From NCBI RefSeq assembly GCF_009914755.1, contig NC_060936.1: a stretch of 64,000 bases of DNA; one strand, given 5' to 3'. Below, piece after piece: positions 26,791 through 39,325 of this stretch. A program made the translations under genes and the position numbers. The notes below the pieces were generated by a model. The model saw only the letters and a program-made list of their open reading frames with translations, searched no databases and was not told the DNA's origin. Position 1 is the stretch's first letter, and every line of letters starts with the position of its first letter. This DNA comes from the human T2T-CHM13v2.0 reference genome, Homo sapiens.

Positions 26791-29087
26791 TAACAAAAGT
26801 CCAGCAAAGATCCATCCCCACCAGACATTAGACCCCTTAGTTTCCTTCCAGCCAAAAAGATATATGTCACAGGAAATGATTACAATAATATGAATAAGTG
26901 GAAAAAACTACCAAATTCTGTAGATTATGTAGTATAGTCCAAATTTTATTAAAAGAAAAAAAAATTGCTGTGAAACTCAGGGATATCCGGGAGCTCAGAG
27001 AATTCTATTAAGCACACTACTGTGAAGGAAAAAAAATGTGTATTTTCATTTTAACAAGGCTATTTTGACAAACTACTCCAAAATATCCTGCTGGGTTTCC
27101 CACAGGCCAAGAACGCTGCAGGTCCAGGCTCACTGGAACATGACAGGAGCCTACAGCCAACCTAGGAAGCTGGAAATGAGTGTCTATGTGGGGTGCATTA
27201 AGGATGTTTTGTGATGCTTTACATATGGCCCTGGGTGAACGTGCTGAGGAGAAATGTAATTTATATCACAATGTAAGAGAATGGACAGCCAACCGTGTTT
27301 TTATAATACCAAAAGGAAATATTTTTCAGATTGTATCAGCACAGTTGTGGTTTCTAACATTCCTGCTACTGCCTCACTCATTTCCATGGAAATTTGTGTC
27401 CTTCCTTGGCAAGATATCTTAGGCCAAAATAGGGTTCATTCAATAATTCCTGTAAACACTGGACCATGCAGGCTTAAAAGGGGCAGTTCCTGGCTAAGCA
27501 GGAAAGAGCTGGTCCCAACCCAGGGGATTGGGAGCAGCTATTCTCAAAGTGGGAAGGCTGATACCATCACACCGTCCTCCCCAAATACAAACACGCACAC
27601 ATACATCGCATGTTTTAAAAATCCTGTGTGAAGGTTAAAAATTCTGCCCTTCATGCCTAATAATATTCAACAAATATTTCAACAAAATACATTTATAGAG
27701 CCCTTTGGAAACAGCTACCTCTGAATTTCCTGCTTGGTTTCCTATAGTTCAAGCAAGGGTACTGCAGGGGTCCAGCCCAAGTGAGACACAGACAGGAACG
27801 CCCTTGACAGACATGAGTGGTTGGGAATGACTATTTATACTGAGTGGGAAGCACTGCAGTGGGCACAAAAGGGAAAACCCTCTTGTTCTCAAGAGCTCAC
27901 AAGATGGTACTGAGATAGCAGATAAGGACTTTTAGAACACAGAACACTGTCATATGGAGATATGAAGTTATGTACACCGCATTATGTGGCAGAATTGAAT
28001 AAATTTGAACAGAAAGTTACAGAAAGTTGTGGAAGGTTCAAATAGCATAGAACTAACTAACTAAAAGGAGTTTGATGTGGCATCTCAATTCACAGACATT
28101 TCAATAGTTACCTCCTGAGGATACACTGCCCCAGCCATTATAGGACCTGTTGCCATTCCCTAATGTACCAGAGCATCTCCCTTCTTACACTGCATCTTTG
28201 TACCAACGACAAAAAAAACAAAAGTAGGCAAACGAATAACATTGATAATGATGGCTAACATATACGGAGTATTTAAGGGGCAAGTGTAAAGGTACAGACA
28301 TGGAATCGAAGTTAGAAATGAGTGACTTAGCATTATTTCACTGAAACTCTGGGAAAGGAGTGAAGCTTTGTTCATGCTGAAAACGCTGAGCCTGGCCCAC
28401 TCACCTGCATTTCTACCTCACCTGCACACGCTATTTTCTTCCCACTGGGAACATAAATGAAGCGTATCAATTAACTGGCAACCCTTTTTGGCTGATAACA
28501 AACTAGAAACATTTTGCTAAGAAATAATAATGGATGAGAGCAGAGGGAAAATACCATTTTTTCCAGTGATGCAAACTGGTTTACCAAGATTTCTATGAAT
28601 TAATTAGTCATTTCAGATTCTTAGCAGGAAAATACATACATATGCAATTAAAAAAAATCTACTCATTGAATTGGTTCTGCCTTTTGCAATGGCTATGCCC
28701 ATACACAATGATGTCATGACTTCTGATTCCCAAGAAAAAAGTATTCTTCCTTTATTATTCAAGGATGTTTCCTTGGTCTTGCAACTGGCACAAAGAGGCA
28801 CAGAATTCATTTGCACAGACTTTACAAAGTAAATGTTTCTTATAACCCTATTGCTGCAACCGATAGATAATATAGGAGGCTAGTTTATATTTCTTTAATC
28901 ATCCTTTTAAATCTATTTTCTAATACAAAGTTAGAATTCATTTGGTAAAACTAAAAGTCCTCATCTATAAAAAAAAGCTACTTTGGATTTCATTTAAAAT
29001 GTTTCTATGTGAGGAGCTGTTAAAGGAGATTGCTTCCTTATCTCTTCCTCATGCCACAACTAGTTTGTAGCAGTTTTCATACATAGA

Positions 29088-29521
29088 CTATCCTGTGGAT
29101 TGGCTTGCTTAACCTCTGTACCACTCTCTTTCCAGCTTCCTGCTGAAGCATGACAGTTAAAAACTGCCTTTCCTGGACTTCTTCACAACTAGTGTTCTGG
29201 ATGCAAATCATTTCTCCATTAGAAGCATTTGAGGAAGATTTGAAATGAGGAGGAGAATTGGAACTCATCTTCTTTCCCCTATTTCTAACAGAAGCAGTTG
29301 TGGCCACACTAACAGCAATGCCAAGTTGGGGCTTCCCAGTCCCTAGACCACAGTTACAGTAGTAGGTTCTTGAACTCAGTAATTCTAGGAACCACCCTTT
29401 GGCTCCCATTTCTCCATTCTTCCAATGATTTTTTTAAATGCCAAATTCCCTATATGAAATATCTTTCTGCTAAAAGTACCTAAAGAGATTTCTGTACCTT
29501 GCCTAAACCCTCACCAATACA
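29088..29521 (+). mobile_element. ERVL LTR (LTR33-like)
   Basis: tttcctggacttcttcacaactagtgttctggatgc...aaattccctatatgaaat...accctcaccaataca. Confidence 0.6.
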
Positions 29522-29626
29522 ATTCTACTTTTCATGCCTCAGCCTCAAGATACTAAGTATGAATCAGCACATTAATACCAAACATATAATGCTTTGTATT
29601 TATAAAGTACATTTATTATGTTTTAC

Positions 29627-29953
29627 AGTCAGGCGCGGTGGCTCACGCCTGTAATCCCAGCACTTTGGGAGGCCGAGGTGGGCAGATCACTTGAGGTCCG
29701 GAGTTCGAGACCAGCCTGGCCAGCACGGTGAAACATGGTCTCTACTAAAAATACAAAACAGCTGGGTATGGTGGCACATGTCTGTGATCCCAGCTACTCA
29801 GGAGGCTGAGGCAGGAGAACTGCTTGAACCTGAAAGGTGGAGGTTGCAGTGACCCAAGATCACGCTACTGCACTCAAGCCCAGGAAACAGAGTAAGTGAG
29901 ACTCTGTCAAAAACAAAAAAAACAAAAAAAACAAAAAAAAAAAAAAAAAAAAA
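29627..29953 (+). mobile_element. AluS-type
   Basis: Full dimer with long A-rich tail. Confidence 0.95.
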
Positions 29954-31205
29954 GGACATTTCCATGCATTATCTAAGTTGATCTTTTCCACAGCTCTGTA
30001 AGGTAAATAGGGCAAGTGCTGCTCTAGCCATCATAGAGACAAGACAGCTAAATCTCAGACGACTTAGGTAATCATCCAAGGAATTTAGTTAGTAAGAGAT
30101 GGAGACAAAATTCAGTTCCATATATCATAGCTCTTAGTTATTTCCTTTGACACTTGGAAGCCTCCCAAGGGCAGATGAAGAGAGAAAACATGTAGATGCT
30201 GGCAATAAACTAAAGCTTCTACTTCTTATTTCAAAAATTAAAAGAAAAACCTCATCACTGCATTTTAAGACCATTAAACTAGACTAAAATATCTAAGGAT
30301 GAGCTAGTCAGCATGGCTGTTTTATAGAGAGTGTGACTTTGGATCTGGTAGAACCTGTGCCTCAGCTTTGTGGGATTCCTCCTTTAAAGTCTCATGGGCT
30401 ATTAACAGAGACACATGAAAGATTCAGTCCCACTTTCTAAGGCTCAAAAATTCTCTTTCTGTACAATCATCTGAGCAAACCAAGGGTGGCTAAAAGATGT
30501 CTTGGGGAGGCCATGATTCATTTCTGAATTTTTCCCTAATTGCAATTTTGCCTAAGATCTCCCCTCCCCAAAACTAGGGTTCCCTAAAAGAAAATTTCCC
30601 TTTTCCCCCCTCTTGCTGCCTACATGTATATTAGAAAAACATTTTATTTCAATGCCCAGAAAACCAAGAATAAATATTAAGTAAGCAAAGCTTGATTTAG
30701 ACCACTTCAAAAGTGGTCAAGTTGAATTATTCCTCTCCATATCCACCACTCCTCCATTTCACAGTGGTAATCTAACCACAGGGTTAACATTCAAGAGCTC
30801 TAAGAAGCAAACTTCTCACCATATGGTCCCCACTCCCTGAGCAACATCAGTCCTAAGAAAACATTCCAGTATCACACAAATCCTCATGGTCATTCCACAG
30901 CCAACCTCGGAACACTAGAATTCCACAAGTCCCTGATCATTCATTTCTTGCTTCCTTCAGTCTCATAGGACTCAAATCAGAAAGGCTAGGAAAACTGTAA
31001 CTCTGTAACATCCTGCTTCCACCCTTGCATCAAAACACTGTGATTTATTCACACACACAGGTGACAGATATAAAGAAAAACATTTAAAGAGAGAAGAAAG
31101 AAAACAAAAAGTCAATCTGATGAGTAAGGCAAACTCAATTATCCCTTTTCTATGACAGCAAGAAATTTAAGAAACCATACTGAAGGCAACCAACTCTATA
31201 CTAAC

Positions 31206-31350
31206 CTGTGGGAAGAGAGAGTAAGTTGAATTGTCAATGGTGAATGAGTATAAAAACTCCCCGTCATACCACATGCTCTTCCCCATAGGGGAATTCATTT
31301 TAGTCATAGCAAAGAGATGGGCAGGGTCGCAGCAGTCTTCCATTTGTTTC
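31206..31350 (-). CDS. ST8SIA1: ST8SIA1 (GD3 synthase) internal coding exon 2, 145 bp, phase 2 start / phase 0 end
   Basis: Minus strand: branch-like TTTAAC, pyrimidine tract cttttctctctctctgttttctctcctag|G, then an open frame KQMEDCCDPAHLFAMTKMNSPMGKSMWYDGEFLYSFTIDNSTYSLFPQ ending CAG|gttagt. The peptide is recognised as the ST8SIA1 region just before sialylmotif L and includes the N-S-T sequon. Confidence 0.97.
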
Positions 31351-32934
31351 CTAGGAGAGAAAACAGAGAGAGAGAAAAGAACAGCAGGTTAAATGAGGAG
31401 CAGATTCATTCACTTGTCATTCCCACAGAGATGTGCCGCCTTACCTCAGTGCCAGCTCACAGAAGCATAGCATCTCCAGGGTGATTAGACTACTATTAAT
31501 TCACTCTTCTAGCCACCAAAATGCGTGACTAGACTATTTCACAGCAAAAAAAAAAAAAGTTTAAGAAAAATACATCAGATTCATTAGATTGTATTCAGAT
31601 TCAGGTGAGATATGTCAAAAGATAAAAATAACCATTACAGTTGCAGATGTACTGATTGATTTAAACATCCAGGTCCAGAAAAGACTTGGATAGCTAACTT
31701 TGGAGACTGTTGAGCTATTCAGCTACAGCAGAGGTGCATCTCTATCTTCATTAACAATCAGGTGGTTAAATTCAGTGAAAAGAGACTTCCAGCAAGCTGT
31801 ATGGCAGGGGAATACATAGAGTGACCCTAAAGAGAGTGCACTCCCCAAAACTGGTGACAAGATAGAGAACAATCCCTTGAAAATCTTTTGAGTAGAAATA
31901 GAATGAAATGAATGATGTGATCTCAGACACTGGAGAGCAACCTACCTTCTCACTGCTAAACCTCATGGGCCTTTTTGGTTCTCACTTTGGCCTCTCAGAA
32001 GTGTTTGACACCGTGATGAGCTCTATGACTTTGACAGAAGTTTCTCCCAGCTCCCTCAGTGTCTGAAGCACCAGCATCACTGGGGTAACCTCACCCTTCT
32101 GGGCTGACTTGCAGGCTACTCCCCAGCTAGCCCCTCAAGTCTAAGCCATGTTTGTTCTATGGGGAAATCTTTATACGACCCTCCAATTAACAATCTGTCA
32201 GAAATAAATTCCACTTACTCATGAGTAAAAGAGCTTATTCACCACTTCCTCCTCTAGGAAGATGAATAAAACAAATTGCTGGCATAAACCACTTCTGAAT
32301 GACCTCACCCAGAAACGCTTGCTCAGACATCTTTAGCTGAAAGGGGACGGTGGAGTGGGAGACTTGACTTCAAGTCCTGCCTCTGCAGCTTACTAACTCC
32401 ATGACTGGGCAAAGAGAAGGGGCTGCAGAACTGCCCTGTGAGACTTTCGTTGAGAGTTCACTGAGAACGTACTGGTAGAGCAAACACTGAAAGTTCAATA
32501 CGTGGTAGGTGTTCTCCTTCTTATTGTCACACCGTCCCAGCCTCATTGTTGCCAGGAATCAGCCTAGTCAGTAAGGCTGCAGCTGCAGGAGCCCCGCGGT
32601 GTGGGCAAGCTTCCTCAGCCTGCGGGGGAGGTGCTCTTCCTGCCACACTGTGCCTCCCCTTGCACTCTCTGAGATCTTCGTTGGCTTTGCCTTCGTGAAG
32701 GTTTCAATGGAAAGAAGGACAGAAGAGAAGGGCTCAAGGCAGACAAGGGGAGAAGAGCTCGGGAAGAAAGCTTTCATCTTATCAAACTTGGTAGACCGAG
32801 TGTCTCTTCTTGCTCCTACGCTGGCCCTCCGTTTCTCATTAGCTGCTTCTCTTTCCTCTTCTTCTCCACCCTCATTCATTTTTATTGGTGTTTTGCCACC
32901 CAAAAGGTGGCTTCCAGAGATGGTAAAGGTTTTC

Positions 32935-33100
32935 TTTGTTGTTTGTTGTTGTTGTCCTTGTTTTTTGAAACAGGGTCTCACTCTATTGCCCAGGCTGGAA
33001 TGCAGTCACTGCAACCTCAAACTCCTGGGCTCAAGCGATCCTCCTGCCTCAGCCTCTCAAATGGTTGGGATAACAGGCATGTGCCACCATGCCTGGCTAA
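32935..33100 (-). mobile_element. Alu right monomer (AluJ/FRAM-like)
   Basis: gaaacagggtctcactctattgcccaggctgg...ccatgcctggctaa. Confidence 0.85.
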
Positions 33101-33179
33101 GGTAAAGTTTTATACTGGACTGCAAACATTTTGTCAGAAGTGCATCCTAGGCTCTTATTGAGTCAACAGAAAACACCTG

Positions 33180-34010
33180 GACATGGTTTAAGACTATCTT
33201 TAAAAATAAGGAGCATTATCACCAGCACGATGCTAAATCTGGGGGGAGGATAGGCTAAATTTTTAGTTCCTATCCCATGTCTGCTGATATCTTATATTTT
33301 TTAGTCCTCAGAGCAACCCTAAGAGATAATTAAGGGTATGGTTATTATTATTATTATCATCATGATTCCTCCCAATTCTCATCTGAGGAAACAAGCTTAG
33401 AGCGGTTCCAGGACTTGCTCAGGCCACACAGGGCAGAACAGGAAGCCAGGTCCGCAGAGTCCAGGCTTTCTCCTCTTTGCGAGCTACCTGCTCAGAACCA
33501 TTTTGATTCATTTGTATCTTTCTCTGCCCTAAAAAAAATGCTGTGTAAACACTGGCCAACTGCCGCAGTACACCAGGTGCCTTCATAGGTATTTTTCTAC
33601 TGAATTCTCACAGTAACCCATGAGCTGGATGACTTTAATATTCTTTTCTCAAGTAATTTATCTCAGGTCACGTAACTAGGGAAACGGTGGGGCAGGGCTT
33701 TGCTTCCAGGTCTTTGTACCTCACATCAGGTACTTATTTCCAACAAGACCATGGCTCTGGCCTCCAACCAAGCTGAACTTGCCATTCTGTACAAAGTGCT
33801 ACAGGAGGTTCAGAAGGAAAATTTGTCACAGCCATATAGCACCTTACGTTGCCTAGTACCTGGCAACTTGCAAATCGCTTTCATATTTGTTTCCTCTTTG
33901 CATCCTCAAAATAGCCTAAGAAGACAGGTTACATTATTCTGAATTTATGGACAGTGAAACTGACGCTGAGACCCAGAGACTTGTTTAAGTTCATTAGCTT
34001 AGCAAATGTT
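33180..34010 (-). mobile_element. Cluster of about three MIR fragments
   Basis: Repeated reverse MIR cores (ctgaggaaacaagcttagagcgg; ctcaggtcacgtaactag; ttatggacagtgaaactgacgctgag). Confidence 0.55.
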
Positions 34011-36299
34011 TTCTTAATTATTGATAAAATATGTATTAGATTATGTTGAATCACATTCACATCTCCTCCTACAGCATCACCATGCTAGGGCACTCATACC
34101 TTTAGTGGGGGAAAACAAATACGCCATAGAAAATACAAAGTTTCACATGTGTAGAAATATTTTTAAATCCAAGAGGTATAGCAAATTCACAGCGATCATA
34201 CCACTATTTGCAATATGAGTGGTTTTTCTGTCATAAACTCTTAAACTTTTCCCTTCATCCAGATCTCCACATCTTCCCTCTGCCATGACCATCTCTGGAG
34301 GGTGGCTAAAAAGAAACCACAATGTGGAAATGTGTATGCATATCCCATGTGCCTGAGTGGGGTCCTCATTAGCTCACCAGCTACACTGGATATGGCAGCA
34401 GCAGCAAAAACAGGAATAGTACTAGTACTATAGTACTACCAGCTGCAGTACTAATAGTAGTAGTCATATTAGAAGTAGTAGTAGTGATTTTTACTGAGTT
34501 CTTACCTAAAGCTGTGCTAGGTTCTTGGGATATAAAATGGAATTTAAAACCAGATCTTCCTTCTGAAAACATAATCAAGAAAAGGGGCACCAACAAGCAA
34601 GTGACTTCCTGTGTATGCAGGGAGATGTGACCAAAGTCACAGCAGAGATGTGCACAGACATCTGTGGTTGTTTGGAAAAAGGAGGACATTAAGTCATATC
34701 CAGGGTTGCAGGAAGGGTTTCCTGATCTGAGATTTGCAGCCTGTTGTTTTTGATGTCTAGGAAATTGTCAGATTAAATAATGGACTTCACGTCCGTCTAA
34801 CCTTCAGGTAATTCTGGAGCACAGCTATAGACCAGCTTTTAGAATTTTTAGCGAATTTGGCTCCTATCTCCTTTTTCATGCTTTGCGCTGATGCTGTGTA
34901 TTATTTGCTTTTCTTTTGTGGCAGACAATAAAATAAGAGGATCAAAAAAGCTAAAGGAATTCCTTTTTCATATTCATGTTCAAATTGCCAGATCATTAAG
35001 TTTCAGTTGCGTGTGAGTTGAGTACTGGAATTACATCTAATTGCTTTTTATTTGAATTCAAGCTTCAGTAATAGTTGTAGCTAATGACGCTATAACCGCA
35101 ACATAAAGGTAAATACTTACGAAGCCTGGGAGCCACTGGCTAGAACATCACTCAGGTTCTTATCCCTCCTAATGGAATTCATAAGATCAATTAAGCCAAG
35201 AAGCCCTCATCTGTTGACTGTGCCTACCGACTAGGAAGACAGATACTGAGGACACTTAACAGGCAAAGAAGGATGAAAATCCAACCACTCCATTAATTAT
35301 GCCTAGGATCAGAGTGAACCTTGTTATGACGCTTTCAGATGCCATGTTCAACACTTTGGTCACCAGGCAGGAAGAAGGTTGGGAGGCTGCCACTCCAATG
35401 ACTGATACTTTTGTGTCCCTTCCAAGAGATGACTGAATTTGAGACAGGAGGGGTGGGCAAGAATTTACCTCAGTTTCAGTATCTGGCCAAAATCTACTGT
35501 TACACTGTAGCTATTTAGACTTAGCTTTTGGAAGGTTAAATAGTCAGATATACAAACATCCAAATCAATGCCAGTGCTGGCATCCCTGAACATGCATGTG
35601 ACAAATGATCATTTGATCTTGCATGTCCCCTTCATATCTAATCAGGGTATCAATGTGAGCAGCACAAACAGGGAGTGTCATCAGAGTTTACTGTTTGTAA
35701 CCAAGTATGCAATCTAAAATTCTTATACGCAATATAGGGGTAAACAGTGACAATCTCTTTATGTGCTTTCTATGTTGAAATTCTATCAGTCAGGTGAAGT
35801 GTAAGTGAATATTTAATATTGCAAGAAGAAAATGCTGCAATAATAAATTTATTATGAAAGCTGTTAGTTTTATGTACAAAAAAATTATGAGGAATTATTT
35901 ACTACCTAGGAGAGTAAATTGTCAGTTAAAGGAAATATTAAGTCAGAGCGTGTCTGGAATATAACCTTAGGAAAAATACCACATAATTATTCTGCCAACG
36001 AATATTTATAAAATTTTAAATAATATAAAGCAGAATAACAGAGTTGAGATTAAATAAGTCAGGTCTTCATAGAATTATTTTACATACTGACACTCAAAAC
36101 ATTAGACAAAATAACTTTGAAGAACTATATTTAATTTTCAGTTATTTAATTCCATTTAGACAATGAGATTTTCAAGGAAAAAAAATGCTAAATTGGAACT
36201 CTTCACATCTTGTTATGAAGAACTGAAAGTTAAATGTTAAATCTGCCCTCAAAAAGTTCCATGAGGAATAAATACTCCAAAAATAATATCATGAGAAAT

Positions 36300-36545
36300 C
36301 ATCTTTGATCCAATCACAATAGAGAATTCCTCATATCCCTCTTCCCTGCTTTATTCTTCTCTCTAGCACTTAAAACTATTTATATGCTATATATTTAATT
36401 TATAGTCTTGTTTATTGTCTATATCCCTAAGACCCAGAATATAAACTCCATAAAGGCAGAGACTTCTATCTTCTGTTCACTGTTGTATCCCCATTTCCTG
36501 AAATGCTGACTGAGACATTATAAAGGTGCTTAATAAATATTTATT
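36300..36545 (+). mobile_element. L2 3' end
   Basis: ataaactccataaaggcagagac...tgttcactgttgtatcccc...gtgcttaataaatatttattgaa. Confidence 0.8.
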
Positions 36546-36547
36546 GA

Positions 36548-36970
36548 AAACCTAGATGCTCATCAACAGTGGATTGGATAAACAAAATGTGGCATATATA
36601 TGGATGGAATATTATGCAGCCATAAAAAAGGAGGAAATCATGTCCTTTGCAACATGGATGCAGCTGGAGGCCATTATCCCAGGTGAGTTAATGGATGAAC
36701 AGAAAACAAATACTGCATGTTCTCACTTATAAGTGGAAGCTAAACACTGGGTACACAGGGACATAAAGATGAGAACAATACACATTGGGGAGCACTAGCA
36801 GCGGGAGAGAGAATGGGAGAAAAGAACTGAAAAACGACCTATTGGGTACTATGCTCACTACCTGAATAATTGAATCATTTGTACCCCAAACCTCAGCATC
36901 GCACAATATATCCAAACCTGCACATGTACCCTCTGAATCTAAAAGCCATAATTAAAATAAATGAATAAAT
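36548..36970 (+). mobile_element. L1 3' end (L1PB-like) inserted in the L2 tail
   Basis: atgcagctggaggccattatcc...gttctcacttataagtggaagctaaac...ctgcacatgtaccctctgaatctaaa. Confidence 0.9.
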
Positions 36971-38175
36971 CTGAATGAATGAATAAATAACAAATAGGAA
37001 GAAAAAAGACAGTGTTAGAGAAAGCAGAGAATTGCAATGTGCATTTTGCTTCCACAATCAAAATTCAAATTGAAGAAGTCAATTCCTTATAGTTTTCTTC
37101 TGTGTTGTCTGTTTCGAGACTAAGAAACAAACACTTGTCAAAATAATTGCTTTAGACTGACAAACATTTTCAGTAGTAGAAGATCCAGGATTTGGGGTAT
37201 TTGCTGAGCAGCGAATCCCATTTCCTGCCACTGTATGCTAAATGTTAGTCTGGTTAAAGTAGGCATGTCTGTAGGACTGCAGACACGCAGCACAGAGACT
37301 ACAGGAATAATCCACCAGTGGATGGTGCTGAGAAATTATTTTTCCTTCACTATATTGTCAAACATCCAAATGTTGACTTTGAAAATGTTTGGTAAGGTTT
37401 CAAATTTAATCTTGTCTCCCCAAAGTTCTTCCTATTCTAATGATATCTGACTTGTCAATTATTGATTTTAACATTTGGCTTTCAGCCAAAATGTGTATCT
37501 AATGCATTTCCTGCAGACAGCTAAATCAATAGTCCTTATTGTAAAGTGTCCTGAGCTGAGTTCCTAAAATTTCTTTTAGACTACAATATTGTTGACTCCT
37601 TGGGTTAATGTCACAGAGCCTGATTCATGACTGAAAATGTTCCCAAGCCTCTATTAGAGGACGGTTTTGAAATTGAGGTAAAAGATATAAATCACTTAGC
37701 ACATTATATAGCCTCAGTAAGTAATTTCATTCTCCTTCTTAATAGTTAGAGACAATACAACTTTGTTTGCTTCACACAATATCAGTTTATAAATTTTTTC
37801 TGGCCATAATTTTTAATAGTTACTCCTTCTATTCTCAAACATGTCCCTTTCTGAATAATAAGTTGTACGTTCACCATATAAAGAGTAGAAGCTGAAAAGT
37901 TAAGCATCTAACAAAAGGGGGCTTTTCTTTAAGTGAAGAACCTAGTAGCCTACATAGAAATCAGAGAAGTTTCTTATTCTAAAAACTAAGCGGCAGATTT
38001 CACATGAAAGTAGAGTTTGGGCCAGCATATGCTAATTTTTTCCCCTGACTTAAAGAAATCTGTCTGAAATAATCAATTTTGAAGCAGGTATTTTTTTTTT
38101 TAAGGGTCACTGTTGGCTGATGGCCCAGACATATTTTCTATATGATCTAGAACAAGAAGTGGCAGAAGCTGCTCT

Positions 38176-38987
38176 GAAGAATTTCAGTGAATGTTTATTT
38201 TCAGTCTCCCTGTTTATACCTACTAGTCTATGTAGCTAGAAAGATTCTAATATTGTGTTTTGAGAATCAAGCAGCAGGGTCTTGCTCATGGAGGGGGAAT
38301 GGAGGCAAGTGGTGATAATACTGCCTCTGGGGCAAAGACAATACCTTTGCCCCAGGTATTGGGGCAACTGTATTGGTTCCCTGCAGTAGGTAACATCATT
38401 GACCTAATAGGCCGAAATACACACTCCATATAGAGCAGAGATTTGTATTCATCTTATTTTTCTATCAAAATCTCTTAAATTGTATGAAGGAGAAGTACTT
38501 TCATTAGATTATTGCTTCAAAATAATGTTTTCTACAGATATAATAAAAAGTCTTTTCAAAGATTAATCTTCTGGATAATTTGCCAGAACTACAAACACAG
38601 AGAAAAACAACTCTTATCCACTACTTAAGCCAGAAAGTAATCTTGTATTTAGCAGTATTTTATTTTTCACATTTGAAATGACTGCATGATAAAGGAAATG
38701 TGTTCCAAAGAAAGGCAGATTAGTGCCATGTGTAATTTGTGTTTCTCTAGTAAGGGCAGAGAAAATTGAAAGAAGGAACTTTTGAAATATAAATATTTTA
38801 AGGAGGATTTGTTTTTTCTAATACATATTTGTTTTATAATTTATTGAACAAGTACACAAAATTATGTGGATTAAAGAATATCAATGTTTCTAGGAAGGAT
38901 TTCAATGAATACTTATTTTCAGTCTTCCTACTCAGGCTTACTGATCTATACAGCTAGAAAGATTCTAGTATTATCTTTTGAGAACCA
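38176..38987 (+). repeat. Dispersed direct repeat, 94 bp x2 (38176-38269 and 38894-38987)
   Basis: Ungapped alignment, about 75/94 identical by manual count. Confidence 0.85.
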
Positions 38988-39325
38988 CTTATTTGTTATT
39001 TTAGTAGCTGGAAGTGACTGGACCCATTCAGACCTCACTCATTCAGTCAATCAACAAACATTTGCTGAGCAACTTCTATGTGCCTAGTGCTGTTCTAGGC
39101 ACTGAGGATAAGGCAGTGAATAAACCAGGGGCAGAGGTAGGGGGGACACCTTGCCTTCTAATTCTAATGGAGAAATCAGGAAAACAAAATAAATAATTTA
39201 CTTGGGTGAATTGGGAAAGATGCAATTTTTAACAGGGTGGCTAAGTCAGTCCTCACCGGGTGATATTTGAGTAAAGACCTGAAGGAGGTGAAGAAGAAAG
39301 CCATGTGAATATCTGAAAGAAGAGT

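Noticed and set aside
28405-28516. Two tandem CAG|gtgag donors with an upstream ttcttag acceptor on minus
   Set aside because: Resulting exons (95 or 112 nt) are frameshifting with a modest acceptor and no other support.
32568-33105. Overlapping 137-aa and 168-aa ORFs
   Set aside because: Low-complexity and Alu-derived ends, non-ATG start for the plus ORF, no recognisable protein.
34415-34490. Palindromic atagtactagtactat within a (TAG)n-like tract
   Set aside because: Low-complexity simple repeat next to an L2 tail; palindromes are expected from its composition.
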